DNA of 64,000 nucleotides from Callorhinchus milii (Eukaryota): contig NW_024704743.1 of assembly GCF_018977255.1 (NCBI RefSeq), forward strand, positions 62,498,001 to 62,562,000. Direction: 5' to 3'. The notes beneath the pieces were generated by a model. The model was not told where the DNA came from. It worked only from the letters and a program-made list of their open reading frames with translations, and did no database searches. Positions 50,101 to 60,053 of this stretch are shown here, one piece after another (the first letter of the stretch is position 1; each line of letters starts with the position of its first letter). The position numbers and the translations under genes are program-made.

Positions 50101-51062
50101 CCTCCGCTTCACCATTGGTGGTCATGCTACTACTACTACATACACATATATATATATATCCATACACACACACATATATATATATACACATAGAAAATAC
50201 TACTACTACATCTACTCCCTGAAACTATGGAACTCTGCTTCAATCCATCCTCCTTCCCCACCTGAAGACCTTCCTGTTTGACCGTGCCTGCACTCACCTC
50301 CCCCCTCTCACAGCTCATCATTAAACTCTGCCACAGTTAAGTGTTCTAAGATGCCACCCTGTGTGAAGGGCGCTATATAAATGCAAGTTATTGTTGTTGA
50401 ATGTTTTGTAATCTTAAATATTGCAGATGTTTCTGTGGTGCAAAATACTGATGGGTCAAGTTCTCATAACGTTCTGACCCCAAATCTGCTCAAGTCTTTC
50501 CACAATATGGATGTGAGAGCAATTACTGCTACCCTTACCAGGATGGCTGATAATAATCCAGCATTTGAAGGTAAACTATTTTCATAGCTTACAAACCTCA
50601 GCTTCTTGATGGCCTAATGGGTAAATAAGGCACATAGCAAATGTTTCTATGTAAAAGTCAAACGTCCTTTTTAAATGAAAATGAGTGCCTTTTTAAATGG
50701 GGAATTTGTCATTGTACATTGCAAACCTCCATATATATTGTGCTGTTTTGTCTTTGGCCAGTTTCTTGGGGTTCTGTTCAGCCATAATGTACACCAACAA
50801 TTTTCATTATATAGCATCCTTCATATAAGGTAATGTCTTGGGAATGCTTACATCTAATGATCTAAGAAATGAATTTTCCCATGGGTATACTAAACTGCAG
50901 CAATTTAGGGAAATCCTCATTTAAAAAAATATTACTATTATGGATGAAGATGAGATCTAATCCATTGTTGCCTTCTTTCTAGGTATAAGGATTTCAACTT
51001 TGGTGACTGTGCTATTTAAGATGGGTATGCTTAGGAAACCACGAAAAAAACATCAAAAGTGA
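8956..51062 (+). CDS. Uncharacterised multi-zinc-finger (matrin/U1C-like C2H2) protein, 26 coding exons, ~1519 aa (overall span of gene A)
   Basis: All exons below have GT-AG boundaries and compatible phases; summed CDS is 4560 nt (multiple of 3) with no internal stop; three CxxC..H-x5-H fingers. Confidence 0.82.
11946..12014 (+). CDS. Gene A exon 3 (ZF1)
   Basis: ttctag|[23 protein letters not shown]|gtaaga; completes C-x2-C-x12-H-x5-H with exon 2. Confidence 0.92.
13110..13402 (-). mobile_element. L2 LINE 3' fragment
   Basis: [23 protein letters not shown], the typical L2 ORF2 C-terminus. Confidence 0.8.
14651..14675 (+). CDS. Gene A exon 4 (25-nt microexon)
   Basis: gacag|IEEVLKWN+G|gtaagt; branch-like gctaac and pyrimidine tract upstream; supplies the required phase 0 to 1 change. 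Confidence 0.75.
17902..18100 (-). mobile_element. Headless SINE 3' module
   Basis: Near-identical to 2652-2860 and 56907-57100 (ataataatccttgcatttgatatagcgc..caattgcgcacagc). Confidence 0.82.
20092..20316 (+). CDS. Gene A exon 5 (KTVxx pentapeptide repeats, ends RAIV-G)
   Basis: Open frame ..[49 protein letters not shown], donor G|gtatgt; acceptor uncertain (20092, 20101 or 20134, all phase 1). Confidence 0.78.
20618..21840 (-). mobile_element. L2 LINE 3' ~1.2 kb, apparently inserted in a CR1 remnant
   Basis: RT motif [20 protein letters not shown], (ttg)n tail at 20618; CR1-like [10 protein letters not shown] upstream and CR1-like sequence resuming ~21.9 kb. Confidence 0.9.
22705..22838 (+). 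CDS. Gene A exon 6 (ZF2)
   Basis: atag|[45 protein letters not shown]|gtaagt. Confidence 0.92.
24473..24592 (+). CDS. Gene A exon 7 (ZF2 C-terminal extension)
   Basis: tttag|[40 protein letters not shown]|gtaagt; paralogous to exon 17. Confidence 0.9.
25849..25903 (+). CDS. Gene A exon 8
   Basis: tttcag|[18 protein letters not shown]+A|gtaagt, phase 0 to 1. Confidence 0.82.
26634..26681 (+). CDS. Gene A exon 9 (48 nt, symmetric phase 1)
   Basis: tttcag|[15 protein letters not shown]|gtgcga; diverged member of the 48-nt exon array. Confidence 0.72.
27218..27263 (+). pseudogene. Dead copy of the 48-nt exon
   Basis: Same upstream aactcttatgggtct..ttag context; AVKPVA then in-frame TAA and TGA; poor donor. 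Confidence 0.7.
28135..28182 (+). CDS. Gene A exon 10 (48-nt repeat exon)
   Basis: tttcag|[15 protein letters not shown]|gtacat. Confidence 0.8.
29512..29559 (+). CDS. Gene A exon 11 (48-nt repeat exon)
   Basis: tttcag|[15 protein letters not shown]|gtacat. Confidence 0.8.
30808..30855 (+). CDS. Gene A exon 12 (48-nt repeat exon)
   Basis: tttcag|[15 protein letters not shown]|gtacat. Confidence 0.8.
31390..32519 (+). mobile_element. L2 LINE 3' ~1.1 kb
   Basis: [42 protein letters not shown] with frameshifts; (ttg)n tail. Confidence 0.92.
32525..32635 (-). mobile_element. SINE tRNA-like head only
   Basis: Reverse complement agtcttgtagctcagtggtaagagcactcgccttgcaagc..ggttcgattcc. Confidence 0.75.
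32870..32953 (+). CDS. Gene A exon 13 (84 nt, duplicate of exon 15)
   Basis: catag|[27 protein letters not shown]+G|gtatgt. Confidence 0.78.
33569..33616 (+). CDS. Gene A exon 14 (48-nt repeat exon)
   Basis: tttcag|[15 protein letters not shown]|gtacat. Confidence 0.8.
34624..34707 (+). CDS. Gene A exon 15 (84 nt, ends EPII-G)
   Basis: cacag|[27 protein letters not shown]+G|gtacgt; joins exon 16 to give PIIGLDF. Confidence 0.86.
34765..35200 (+). mobile_element. Deu-domain-type tRNA SINE, near full length
   Basis: Head ggctcagtggtagcactctc..gttcaagtccc; core gtggatgttaaagatccc..ggcactattc; tail aaatgcaagattattatt. Confidence 0.8.
35453..35589 (+). CDS. Gene A exon 16 (ZF3)
   Basis: gcag|[46 protein letters not shown]|gtaaga; paralogous to exon 6. 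Confidence 0.92.
36634..36741 (+). CDS. Gene A exon 17
   Basis: tttcag|[36 protein letters not shown]|gtaatg. Confidence 0.9.
37201..37270 (+). CDS. Gene A exon 18
   Basis: ttccag|[23 protein letters not shown]+T|gtaagc, phase 0 to 1 like exon 8. Confidence 0.82.
37320..37726 (+). mobile_element. Deu-domain-type tRNA SINE
   Basis: Same head, core and tail as 34765-35200. Confidence 0.8.
37728..38365. mobile_element. Non-autonomous TIR element (Tc1/mariner-pogo-like MITE)
   Basis: Left ta|gagtggaatctgctttaggtggacac matches the reverse complement of the right end cagtggaaaccgtttaagatggacac; interior shared with copies at 56822 and 62984. Confidence 0.75.
39236..39400 (+). CDS. Gene A exon 19
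   Basis: tttcag|[29 protein letters not shown]+G|gtatgt. Confidence 0.82.
40260..41070 (+). mobile_element. L2 LINE 3' fragment (divergent subfamily)
   Basis: [33 protein letters not shown]; tail gcgctatataaatccaagttgttgttg. Confidence 0.88.
41437..41562 (+). CDS. Gene A exon 20 (S/R/G-rich)
   Basis: gttcag|[42 protein letters not shown]+G|gtacgt. Confidence 0.82.
41818..43020 (-). mobile_element. L2 LINE 3' ~1.2 kb
   Basis: [12 protein letters not shown] and YADDIQLY motifs on the - strand. Confidence 0.9.
43144..43294 (+). CDS. Gene A exon 21 (RS/RD-rich)
   Basis: aatag|[49 protein letters not shown]+AG|gtaatg; phase 1 to 2 fits both neighbours; absent from the ORF track. Confidence 0.8.
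43350..43830 (+). mobile_element. L2 LINE fragment
   Basis: ctccactggctcccc, ttcaagatcctc and gctttcagccac motifs. Confidence 0.75.
44903..45080 (+). CDS. Gene A exon 22 (SD-rich)
   Basis: tttcag|T+[34 protein letters not shown]|gtaagt, phase 2 to 0. Confidence 0.85.
46106..46159 (+). CDS. Gene A exon 23
   Basis: cccag|[18 protein letters not shown]|gtgagt. Confidence 0.85.
47519..47626 (+). CDS. Gene A exon 24 (conserved helical module)
   Basis: tttcag|[36 protein letters not shown]|gtatag; aligns without gaps to gene B exon 60054-60161. Confidence 0.9.
48250..48752 (+). mobile_element. Deu-domain-type SINE with an internal insert of local intron sequence
   Basis: Head, core and tail as 34765-35200; ~48572-48696 copies nearby intron DNA. 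Confidence 0.75.
48888..48930 (+). CDS. Gene A exon 25
   Basis: catctag|[14 protein letters not shown]+G|gtaatt. Confidence 0.78.
50427..50570 (+). CDS. Gene A exon 26
   Basis: ttgcag|[38 protein letters not shown]+G|gtaaac. Confidence 0.85.
50983..51062 (+). CDS. Gene A terminal coding exon
   Basis: ctttctag|[29 protein letters not shown] 51060-51062; AT-rich 3' UTR follows. Confidence 0.8.
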
Positions 51063-51977
51063 TCTTTCCAGCTGTTCATCTACATAATATTTGGATATGT
51101 TGGGCAATAGCCATGAGATTCAATAACTGTTCACCTTTAATCCTGTTTGTATGGTTAGATGTGGAAGAAACTTTATTTTGTGTAATCCACACTGTTGAAA
51201 TGGCTGTCTAGATTTATGTTTAGATTTGAAAGACTAAACTGGCAAATATTGTTGATTTGCATTTTAGTTGTAGTATACTTTTAATTTTATCTATAAGGAT
51301 GCAGTTAAAGTTAACTGGCATTTATACTAGATCCTTTTTTTACTGTAATTATTGTATGGCGAGTGAGTAATAAGATACAATATCTGATATGACTGGCACT
51401 GTGTTTTCTATAAATGCTGAAAGTTTCGACAAGTAAATGGTGCCATCTTGCATTGGTCTACATGCAGTGGTTTGAACACTAACCAAGAAGAAAGTGTGCA
51501 ACTGATAAATAGGTGCATCTGTTAAAAACTTTCTTTGGTTGTAATTGATGTTTAATTAACATGAGGAGTTAATAGTGTGGATAAATACCTTTTTTGAAGA
51601 CTGGAGTAATTTTTGTAAATGTCAAAATGTACATTCTCTCCTATTAAATCTGTAAATTTCTAAAACATTGGTTATACCTCTTGATACAGGTGCCAGTCAC
51701 TGTTTAGTTAGTCGAGTACTTGGGGTTCTATAATTTAGTGTATGTGAATATTACAAGATTAAATGAGAGAGATTTGTACAGAATTACAACCCAAAGTGCA
51801 TGATGTATTTGGGGCTGGAATTCCTCTCGCTTGGTATGTAATTCTTGGCCATTTCTGATGTGCAATTAAAGTGATGTTTTAAATTATAATTCATATTTGT
51901 TCAATATGTTCTCATTGAAATTAAAGGATGACAAATTTTTAACAAATATCCCTCATTCCATGTCATTTTGATTGGAA

Positions 51978-51983
51978 AATAAA
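51978..51983 (+). terminator. Candidate polyA signal of gene A
   Basis: AATAAA ~0.9 kb after the stop; ATTAAA variants also occur upstream. Confidence 0.45.
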
Positions 51984-52159
51984 GTTTTAGCTTTGAAGAC
52001 ATATGCTCTAAATACTTCATACAGTTGATCATGCTTCATCCTTCCATTGGGACTTGTTTAACTAGTTTATTATGACTGGAGATTCTCAAAGGTTAGCTTG
52101 TACTTTTGAACAATTACTTTCAGTCCACTCTTGTCCATTGTCTTTGGACTTGATTCTTA

Positions 52160-52355
52160 TCTTGATTGTAAGAGAGGTAAGCACCTACTGGTAAAGCTCT
52201 GCACTTCCAGTTGTTCAATGGGTGAGGGAGTGTCTGTCTGGAAAATTGCAACCCTAAACCTGTGTCCTCTTCTGCTGTGTCGGTGCATCTTTAAACATAT
52301 TGTTCCAGGTTCACTTTTTGAATGCCATTTAAAATCTTGCATCTGTACCTCTATA
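52160..52355 (-). mobile_element. CR1 LINE 3' remnant
   Basis: - strand reads KILNGIQKVNLEQY..RRGHRFRV, resembling the CR1 ORF2 C-terminus. Confidence 0.55.
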
Positions 52356-55300
52356 ACAAGGTTGTCCAATATATTACCCACATGTGGCAAATTGCGAATC
52401 CAGATTTGGTGAAATTGCATGATTAGTCAATAAAAAATCAGTTATAGACACCCTAAATGGGCATGTGATCTCAGTACTCAAATTTGCACGGAATATACAT
52501 TTGTACCAAGACCTTTTTCTACATTTATTAGTAAAATGGTAAGAAAAGTAGCGTGTGTGCTTTACTTCCTTGGTTACGTGCTAAAGTAGTGTGTAACATG
52601 GGTGAAATGCCAGCTTTCAGCAGCAGTGCCAGATGGAAACACTAGCAATATTGTATGGAGAGAGCAGTCAAACATGGTCAGCATGACCAATCGGAATGAC
52701 TGCTCCAGGGCAGCAGAACAACAAAACTTGCCCAAGGTTTGGCCCTGCTGGGAATCGAATGCAAGTCTCTCGCTTGCGTGGCGAGTGCTCTAACCACTGA
52801 GCTCCAGGACTCCTGTTTTAAGTATACATGTAAACATACATATGAAATATATTTCCCTACTAAACATGGTGCATCTGGCTAAAATGGTGTTGCTGATTAG
52901 CTACCGACATAGCTACAGCAATTTCTATAGGGGACACTGCTCTATAAGGTCTCTGAGATATCACTTGAGATACAATACAAATTGACATTTATAGATTGCT
53001 CCTTTCCCATCAGGACAATCCAAAAGCATTTGACACTGCAGGCTGAGCACAAGAGTGGAGGATGAGGGGAAATATGACAAGGTGTGGTTGAAGAGATGGA
53101 CCTTCAATGAGAGGAGAGAGGGAGTGAGTTGGAGAACTCTACAATGGAGTTTCAGAGAGCAGGGGCAGAATTACTATACAGGTAATGAAGCATTGGCATA
53201 GTCAAGACTGGATGAGGGTCTCAAAATCCCAAGGAGAAGACAGTGCCAGAAACAGGCATTATTTGAGGTAAGAGAAAGTTGAACGGGTCAGATGACGTGG
53301 GGTTTGAAAGTTGTTTGAGAGCCAAATAAGACAATGGTTCCACACCAGTTCAATGAGATGGAGTCTGTATCATGCAGGTTTCTGACTGTCAGTAGTGGCA
53401 GCAAGAAGGCACTGATGGGAACCAAGCAGGAGAGCCTTAATCATGGTTTCAAACAAATCTTCCTGGTTTTAGCTGGGTAAACTCCAGCCATACTTTCTAG
53501 GTTTCATAGCCTTGGTTCTCACTAACCTACTCCTGATCTCTCTGGCATTACAGAAGCCGGCACATTCCTCCAGGCAGAGCACTCTCTAAACCAGACAGAA
53601 ACTGTGGAACTCAGTACATTGTAGACTAAAGCAGAGATTATCAAACTATGGGGATCTCCCCGGGGAGATGCCACTTGTGTCCTGTGCTGTGTTTGCTGAG
53701 CACGGCTGGATTGGAGGTCGTACAATTGCTGCCTTTGTTTTCAGTATTGATTGCTATCCAAATACACTTTGCTGTAAAGTCTGCCGGAAACTGTGTTTCA
53801 GATTTCCAGCATCTATAGTATTGTGCATTTTGTTTGCTGTAAAGTCTGCTATGCAAACTCTTGAGTTGCAAGCGGTATGAGGGGTCTGCCGAGCACATTG
53901 CTCACAGTGAAAATAATGAGTTGTTTGTGAAATGTTAACACTTAACATGTTTCATTGGCTACATTCAAATACTCAATCAGCTTCATGCATCCTCCTGTCA
54001 TCTAAAGTCAGCTTCCCTTTTGAGCTATAGTGACACCAGCCTCCCCTCAGGATCAGAAACTTTTGAGCTTGAGTTGCCAGAGGTCCTTCGTGCACACGTT
54101 GTTGTCCAGGGCAGACAAAAGCATCCTGGTGTTCCCACAAGGCACAGGCTGCACATACAACAAGGTTCAGTTTTCCTGCCATATTCCTAGAAGTTCAATT
54201 ACTCTTTATTTTAGAGCCCTGAGTTATTTACCTAATTGTTTTTTGTTCATTGGCACTCCTTTCCCTCTCAGCACCGAATTCCCACTTTCAACACTTACAC
54301 CAAATTCCTTTAGTAAAAATGTCACTGTTCCCACCTCCCGCGGTTTACAGGGTGGACTGAACTCTCTGCTCGAGTTTTGGAAAATGGCACTTACGTCACA
54401 CAGAGGATTTTTTTGTTGGTTAAGGCGGGAGATTTTGAATTTGGCGTCTCTGAGCCATGCCCAACAGATACCTCGATGTCACTCACCGCTCGTCTACCGG
54501 CCTCGAATCGACTCTTAAGGCTGGTTATGCCGGTTCTGCTCCACTTCTACGAAGCTGTTTGGGCCTCGAAGCACTGGCTGCCCCGCCTTTATTTTCATTG
54601 CATGGCCTGCTTTCAGCAGCCATGGGGACAGAACACAATTTGGTTTTAAGTTTGATGAGCCACAATTTTTAATTCAGGTTTTTGGATTGCGATTTGCTCG
54701 AAAACCTGTTTAACAATGATGTAATTTAGAACTCCTTGTGAGGTGGTGTAAGATGGAAGTTAGTGTAGCATGAGGGGATAAAGGCTACAACAATTAGTTA
54801 AAAAGTTGTAAAGGTGACTTGAAATAAAAAAAACTACAACTTGCATTTAAGTAGTGCCCTTCACATGGGGTAGCATCAATCAATCATGATCTGGTTCCAG
54901 ATGCTGTCATCTGAGGGATAGATACTTCTTGGAGTTTGTTATATTTGGGAATTATTGGGCCTTATCAATACACAAGTTTTGGACTAATGGGCATTGTGTT
55001 CGACAAGCGTAAAAGAGGCTTGATGGATGCAATGGCTTGGTGCCTTAATGTCTGGAAAACCATAAATTAAGAGATTTTACAACTTCAAGATGATTAAAAA
55101 TGATTAAATGTCCAGGTGAACCTTTCACTTGTGTTATGATTAAAATATATACTGTATAATCAATCTCATAGTAGTTAAAGCAGTCCCATGAGTAAATGTA
55201 ATCAAAGCAGATGTAAGCTGTTATCACTCTTATGAGTCAGTTTGTTGATTGAAGAATAATGAGGAGGGTACGGGATGCTGATTAGGGAGAAGGAACGTGG

Positions 55301-55729
55301 TATTCAGAGACCTTGGCTACACAAGAGTGGGAAGATAGCTGAATGATGGATTGCGGGCAGTCGAGTCTGAACAACAGAACCAAGGTCATGGTGTGGAGTG
55401 CAAAGCAGAAGGATGAGTGGGAAACAGGAAGCGGTTGCGTCCTGCACGAAGAAGAACCTTATATGGAGGACAATGGGACACTTAATTATAAATAAGGGAG
55501 AGACTGGAATTTTGAACTCGTCTTCGCTCGTGGGTTAATAGCTGTGAACGTGCTGACCATAGAAGGGGAAGTCCTCCAGTCATCTGGTAGTATTGTTTCA
55601 TTACGCGTCTATTACTATTGCTGTTACTTGGGTTGCCCAGCAGGGAAACTGACTTATGAACTTTTTGTATTAAACAGAATTAGACTTTAGCTTTTGTCTA
55701 GTCTGAATTCTTTACACTTGGTGAAAGAA

Positions 55730-56160
55730 TGAGATGAACCAGTCACATGACTGCTTGCCATTTTAATTCTCCTTCCCACTTACACTGTGACCTCCCTATC
55801 CATGGCTTCCTGCACCGTTCAAACAAAGCTCAAAGAACAGTGCTTCATTCATTTCCTGGGCACCTTACAGCCTTCTGGGCTCAGCATTGATTTCAATTAA
55901 CATATCCTCTGGTTATTAAGACACGTCTGTTCATTTTATAATCCCCCATTGCCTTTTGTCTTGCACAATCAACACCTCTAATCTCATTATATTTTGTCCT
56001 CCCATCTAAAAATGTTTCCTTTTTCTTCCCCCACACCCTTCTCTGCTTCTTTTTATAATCTGCTTCCTTCTAATATCCCCCAATTCTGACTGAAGGTCAT
56101 AGAACTGAAACATTAAACTAATTTTCCTCTTTCTATGGATGCAGCCTGACCTGCAACCTC
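55730..56160 (+). mobile_element. Penelope-like element remnant (GIY-YIG C-terminus plus terminal region)
   Basis: Degenerate ACHFNSPSH..GFLH..EQ..FLGTLQPSGLSIDF; downstream ctga..gaagg..gaaac..gatgcagcctgacctgc. Confidence 0.65.
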
Positions 56161-56821
56161 TGTGTTTATACATGGACTAAATTGCAGTATAAGGGAGGGC
56201 AGATGAGCTAAATTCAGGGGAGTAAGGGTCAGCGATGGATCTAGCACCACTAACAACCACTAGCACTATTAACAGCACTCAGATTCTGAAACCTTCCCAG
56301 ATGAGGTAAAACTTGGTAAAATCATCTCCTCTCTGTTCTCAAAAGGTCATGGGGTGTATTGAGGCTCAGTTGCGTGTAGTGCAAGATTGCATGATTTATT
56401 AAAGTTTTGTTAAACTCAATTCTGTTTAAAGTATTTTAAAAGTATTGCCTATGTACTATATTTTTTATATAGCTGTGCCACATTCAGGAAAGTTATTGTT
56501 TACTGGTACTTGTTGGAATAAATGAGAATAATTTAAGAGAAATAATGCTCGGGCCCCAACACCTGACTGTTCAGCGCTTCTGTCGTCCTCCCGACGTGAA
56601 AGGTGCTCTATAAATATAATCTTATTATTGTTGTTTGTGATTGGGTTTGTATCTTAGAAACAATGAGAAGTGAAGGATTGTGACTTTCAGAGCGCACCCG
56701 AAGAGCGTGGAATTCACACATAAAAAGACAATGAGTACCATGACAGCATGGTTATTTTAGCAGTAATAGCTTTCGTCCATGCAGCGTTAGCGTTACCTGC
56801 AAAAGATGGAACAGTAAAATA

Positions 56822-57561
56822 CAGTGAAAGTCACTTAAACCAGACATCAGTTAACCCCAGATACTGGGTAAATCAGACAAAATGCCTGGCCCTAGTTCAT
56901 TTATATAATAATCCTTGCATTTGATATAGTGCTTTTCACGTCGGGAGGACGTCCCAAAGCGCTTCACAGAACACACTGTAAAGTGAATTGACTGTATATT
57001 TGTGGGCGAACGTGGCAGCCAATTGCGCACAGCAATGTCCCACAAACTGTCGTAGATTGAAAATGACCAATTTATTATTTTTTGGTTTTGGAGGGATTAT
57101 TGTTTTTGGTTTTGGAGGGATTATTATTAAGGATTATTATTATTTATATTCTCAGCTATTTAAAATATGCTAATTACTTCAGATAAAATGCTGGGCTGGT
57201 TAGCGCTGCTTCCACTCACTGTTTTCAGCAACTCCATTCAGCTTCAACCAGCCCTAGGATGGAGTTAAAACTGCAATTAATTGACTGCAGATTCACAACT
57301 GCTCTGGGCTGTCAATCAGTGAGGGAATGGGAAGAGTCAAATCCCATTGACTGACAACCCTGGAGTATCTTGTGAACGGAGCCTAAACATTCATAAGTGG
57401 CTGCAAGCTGTCGATTACTTCAGAACAGCTGCTAATTGTCCCCCTCCCTGTCCAACGGGAACTGCAATGGGAGGGAGGCGTCGCTGCTGTTCTGCTGGGG
57501 AACTGTGGTGAACCTCGAACGTCACTTAAGCTGGACAGAACGGCCTTAGCGGCTTCCACTG
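56822..57561. mobile_element. TIR MITE (same family as 37728) with nested SINE 56907-57141
   Basis: ta|cagtgaaagtcacttaa ... ttagcggcttccactg|ta; SINE flanked by an atttatat duplication. Confidence 0.8.
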
Positions 57562-57690
57562 TATGTAATATAGTATGGCATAGATAATATCCAGCCAATC
57601 AAATAGAAGTTCAAAAGGTTGGCCCCAGCTTCCAAAATGGCTGGTGGAAGCTGGAAGAAAGGTATGAAACATTTGAAAATTAGAGGAAGA

Positions 57691-57696
57691 TTTATT
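57691..57696 (-). terminator. Candidate polyA signal of gene B
   Basis: tttatt on + equals AATAAA on -, ~165 nt after the gene B stop. Confidence 0.55.
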
Positions 57697-57860
57697 AGAA
57701 GAAGCTATTTCATTAGTACAATGCAGAACTAAAAAAAAGTTGGACTATAGAGCCATGAANTTTTTTTCAGACCTGCAGCAAACTGTTAAAATAGCAGAAA
57801 GGAAGCATTGGAAAAAAAAGGTTTTCTTCTCCCAATTTTATAGGTCTGAAGTGATTGGAG

Positions 57861-58160
57861 TTACCATCCTCTTGGTAATTCTTGAGGCCCTCTTGGTGGT
57901 TGACCAGAGAAATAAACATCTGGTCTATCAAAGTCTCTTGGTGGTGGACCAGACAAACGAACATCAGATCCTTGAGAATGTCTTGGTCGTAGCCCAGACA
58001 GCAGAACATTGGCTCTTTGAGAAGGTCTTGGTCCCGGCCCACAGAAAGGAACATTGCAACTTGGAGAACTTTTTGACAAAGAACCAGGCGGAGCTTCACC
58101 AAACATGTAAGATTCATATTTATCCGGTACCTCATCCAACAGAGGTCTCTTGTCTTGGGT
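57861..58160 (-). CDS. Gene B probable terminal coding exon (Pro/Gly/Arg-rich, 15-aa repeats)
   Basis: ctttattttcattcag|TQDKRPLLDEVPDKYESYMFG..SGPPPRDFDRPDVYFSGQPPRGPQELPRGW*; phase 0 matches; - strand AATAAA at 57696-57691. Confidence 0.72.
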   Translation of the reverse strand, partial: TQDKRPLLDEVPDKYESYMFGEAPPGSLSKSSPSCNVPFCGPGPRPSQRANVLLSGLRPRHSQGSDVRLSGPPPRDFDRPDVYFSGQPPRGPQELPRGW

Positions 58161-58194
58161 CTGAATGAAAATAAAGCATTGCACACAACATTCT

Positions 58195-58427
58195 ACAAAT
58201 AATACTTGCATTTATAATAGCACCCCTCACGCACAGTACTGTCTCAGGGCACTTGATAATAGCACCTTTTATGTTGAGAGGACGCCTCAAAGCACTTCAC
58301 AGTTCTTAGGGCAACGTGGCAGTCAATTTGCACACAGTAATATCCCACAAAAAGGCATGAAGTGAATGACCAATTTTATCTGGGATTGGTCAGGACATCA
58401 GGAGAAACTCCCTTCTCTTTTTGAATA
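58195..58427 (-). mobile_element. SINE fragments (Deu-type core and tail)
   Basis: aataatacttgcatttataatagcacc; ggtcaggacatcaggagaaactcccttctc is the reverse complement of the core. Confidence 0.65.
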
Positions 58428-60053
58428 CAGTAAACCCTGGTTGCCAGCCACTGGGTACCTGAATTTCATATTTAGCTACATGCAAATTCTGGATAACCAG
58501 TGTCCAGTAAGCTAGAGGGTCCCTGTATTCGAAAAGAATGTGAGTTTATCCTGATAACTCCCTCAGATAAAATTAGTCATATATGTAAGATTATATTTGC
58601 AATGCTTAATGTTTAAGGCTTTCGAATGTAAAATACCTAGGATCCTTTACGGTCTGGCCAACTAATCTCATGATGGGGGCTGGTTGTCTCAAATGACTAG
58701 CTTAGGAGGTACAGATATCTTGGCTGGACCTGGTTGAGGTCAGTTTCTGATAACATTCTCTTTTCTTAAGGCTGAGAAACACAGAGGCTGCAGAAACAAT
58801 TTCCTAAAAGTGTCTCATCAGTTCTTTTCTCATGGAAAAATAGTCTGCTCAAGGTCACTGGCAGCTTGAGGATGGAGGGGGCTGCAGCTCCATTTTCTCA
58901 GAGGAAAAACCAGAGACACAAAGGTAGGGAGGCTTGTGAATCAGACCATGTAAAGGGAGGCGGAGTTAAGAAACACATAAACGAAAGTAACACTGGAAAA
59001 GTCAGAGTCTTCGTAGAGGGTCAGCGCACTTCCCGTGGAATCGATACCAATTTTACTGTATCTGTGGTCTAAGTTTTAAGAATACGCTATTTGTACTGCT
59101 TAATAAACTTTGGATTATTATACAACCAATTGGTCTCCTCCAAATCTTACATTTATTTCATGCCTTTTGTATGGAAAGTTCCAGGTTCGCAGTGGAGTTC
59201 ACACTCTCTCCTAGAGGAATTACCCAATTCCGGAAAATATCAGTCCCAAATTAATAAGAACCCAGAATGCACATTGGAGTACTTCTGGAATTTAATCAGC
59301 TGAAACCACTAAAATACCAACGAGAGCACCATCTGATAAGCTTCCTGCTGCTTGTCCAGCTAGGAACACTATCGTTAGAGCTCTGGCTTGCAGGGTTAAC
59401 AGGAAACCAATAGAAATAATCTGTGTCCCAGTGACTACCCCTTCAAGAGTTTAGGACAATCCAGGTTGACCAGCAGTGCCTTGTAGTACTGTTGACCTGC
59501 CACCCTCCAGAACCCAACTATTGAGACTGCCACAAAGAGTTTGACTAAATTCTGACATGCCACGCCATTGCGAAGCATGTCATCTTGGAGCCAGCTCAAC
59601 CCAAAAGAGACCTGGCTTCTTCAGGAAGTGAAGTCACGGCAACCTAGAAGTTGGCCATTACATAGTATGGCCAGTGCACAGGGTGGAAAAACTGACTACT
59701 AATTGTACCAAGCCATAACACTGGTTAGGATTTTATGGATCCCAACTGCTGTTTTATACCAAAGCTCTACCATATTTGCATTTTGAAAGATTTAGGTAAC
59801 ATGGCACATCACCACATGCACTGAAATAAATAAATGTTAACCACATTGGCACAATCTATTCAAGGAAGGATGAGTTTAAAACAGGTTACACAATTAAAGG
59901 GGATAAGGTTTCTATCTATGAGAGGTAATCAGATCAAAGCTGTAACTGATATTGATGGCTTTCTTTCAACTATTTTGTGAAAAGCCAATATTGTATTTAA
60001 CTCTATTAAATCAGTTTTATATGGAATTTATTTTTGCTAAGGCAAACACTTAC

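Noticed and set aside
50128..50215. (CTA)n/(TA)n/(CA)n simple repeats
   Set aside because: Ordinary microsatellite within an L2 remnant
53522..54182. Further gene B exons among the - strand ORFs
   Set aside because: No similarity to gene A, no consistent splice-site pairs, and downstream of the gene B polyA signal
57740..58168. + strand 142-aa ORF as the last exon of gene A
   Set aside because: Better explained as the antisense shadow of the gene B exon; gene A already has a good terminal exon at 50983. Kept only as a low-probability alternative
59700..59820. Gene B exon after the acceptor-like tttatttcag at 59821 (-)
   Set aside because: Stops within a few codons in the required phase (CMW*); the 58160 exon fits better
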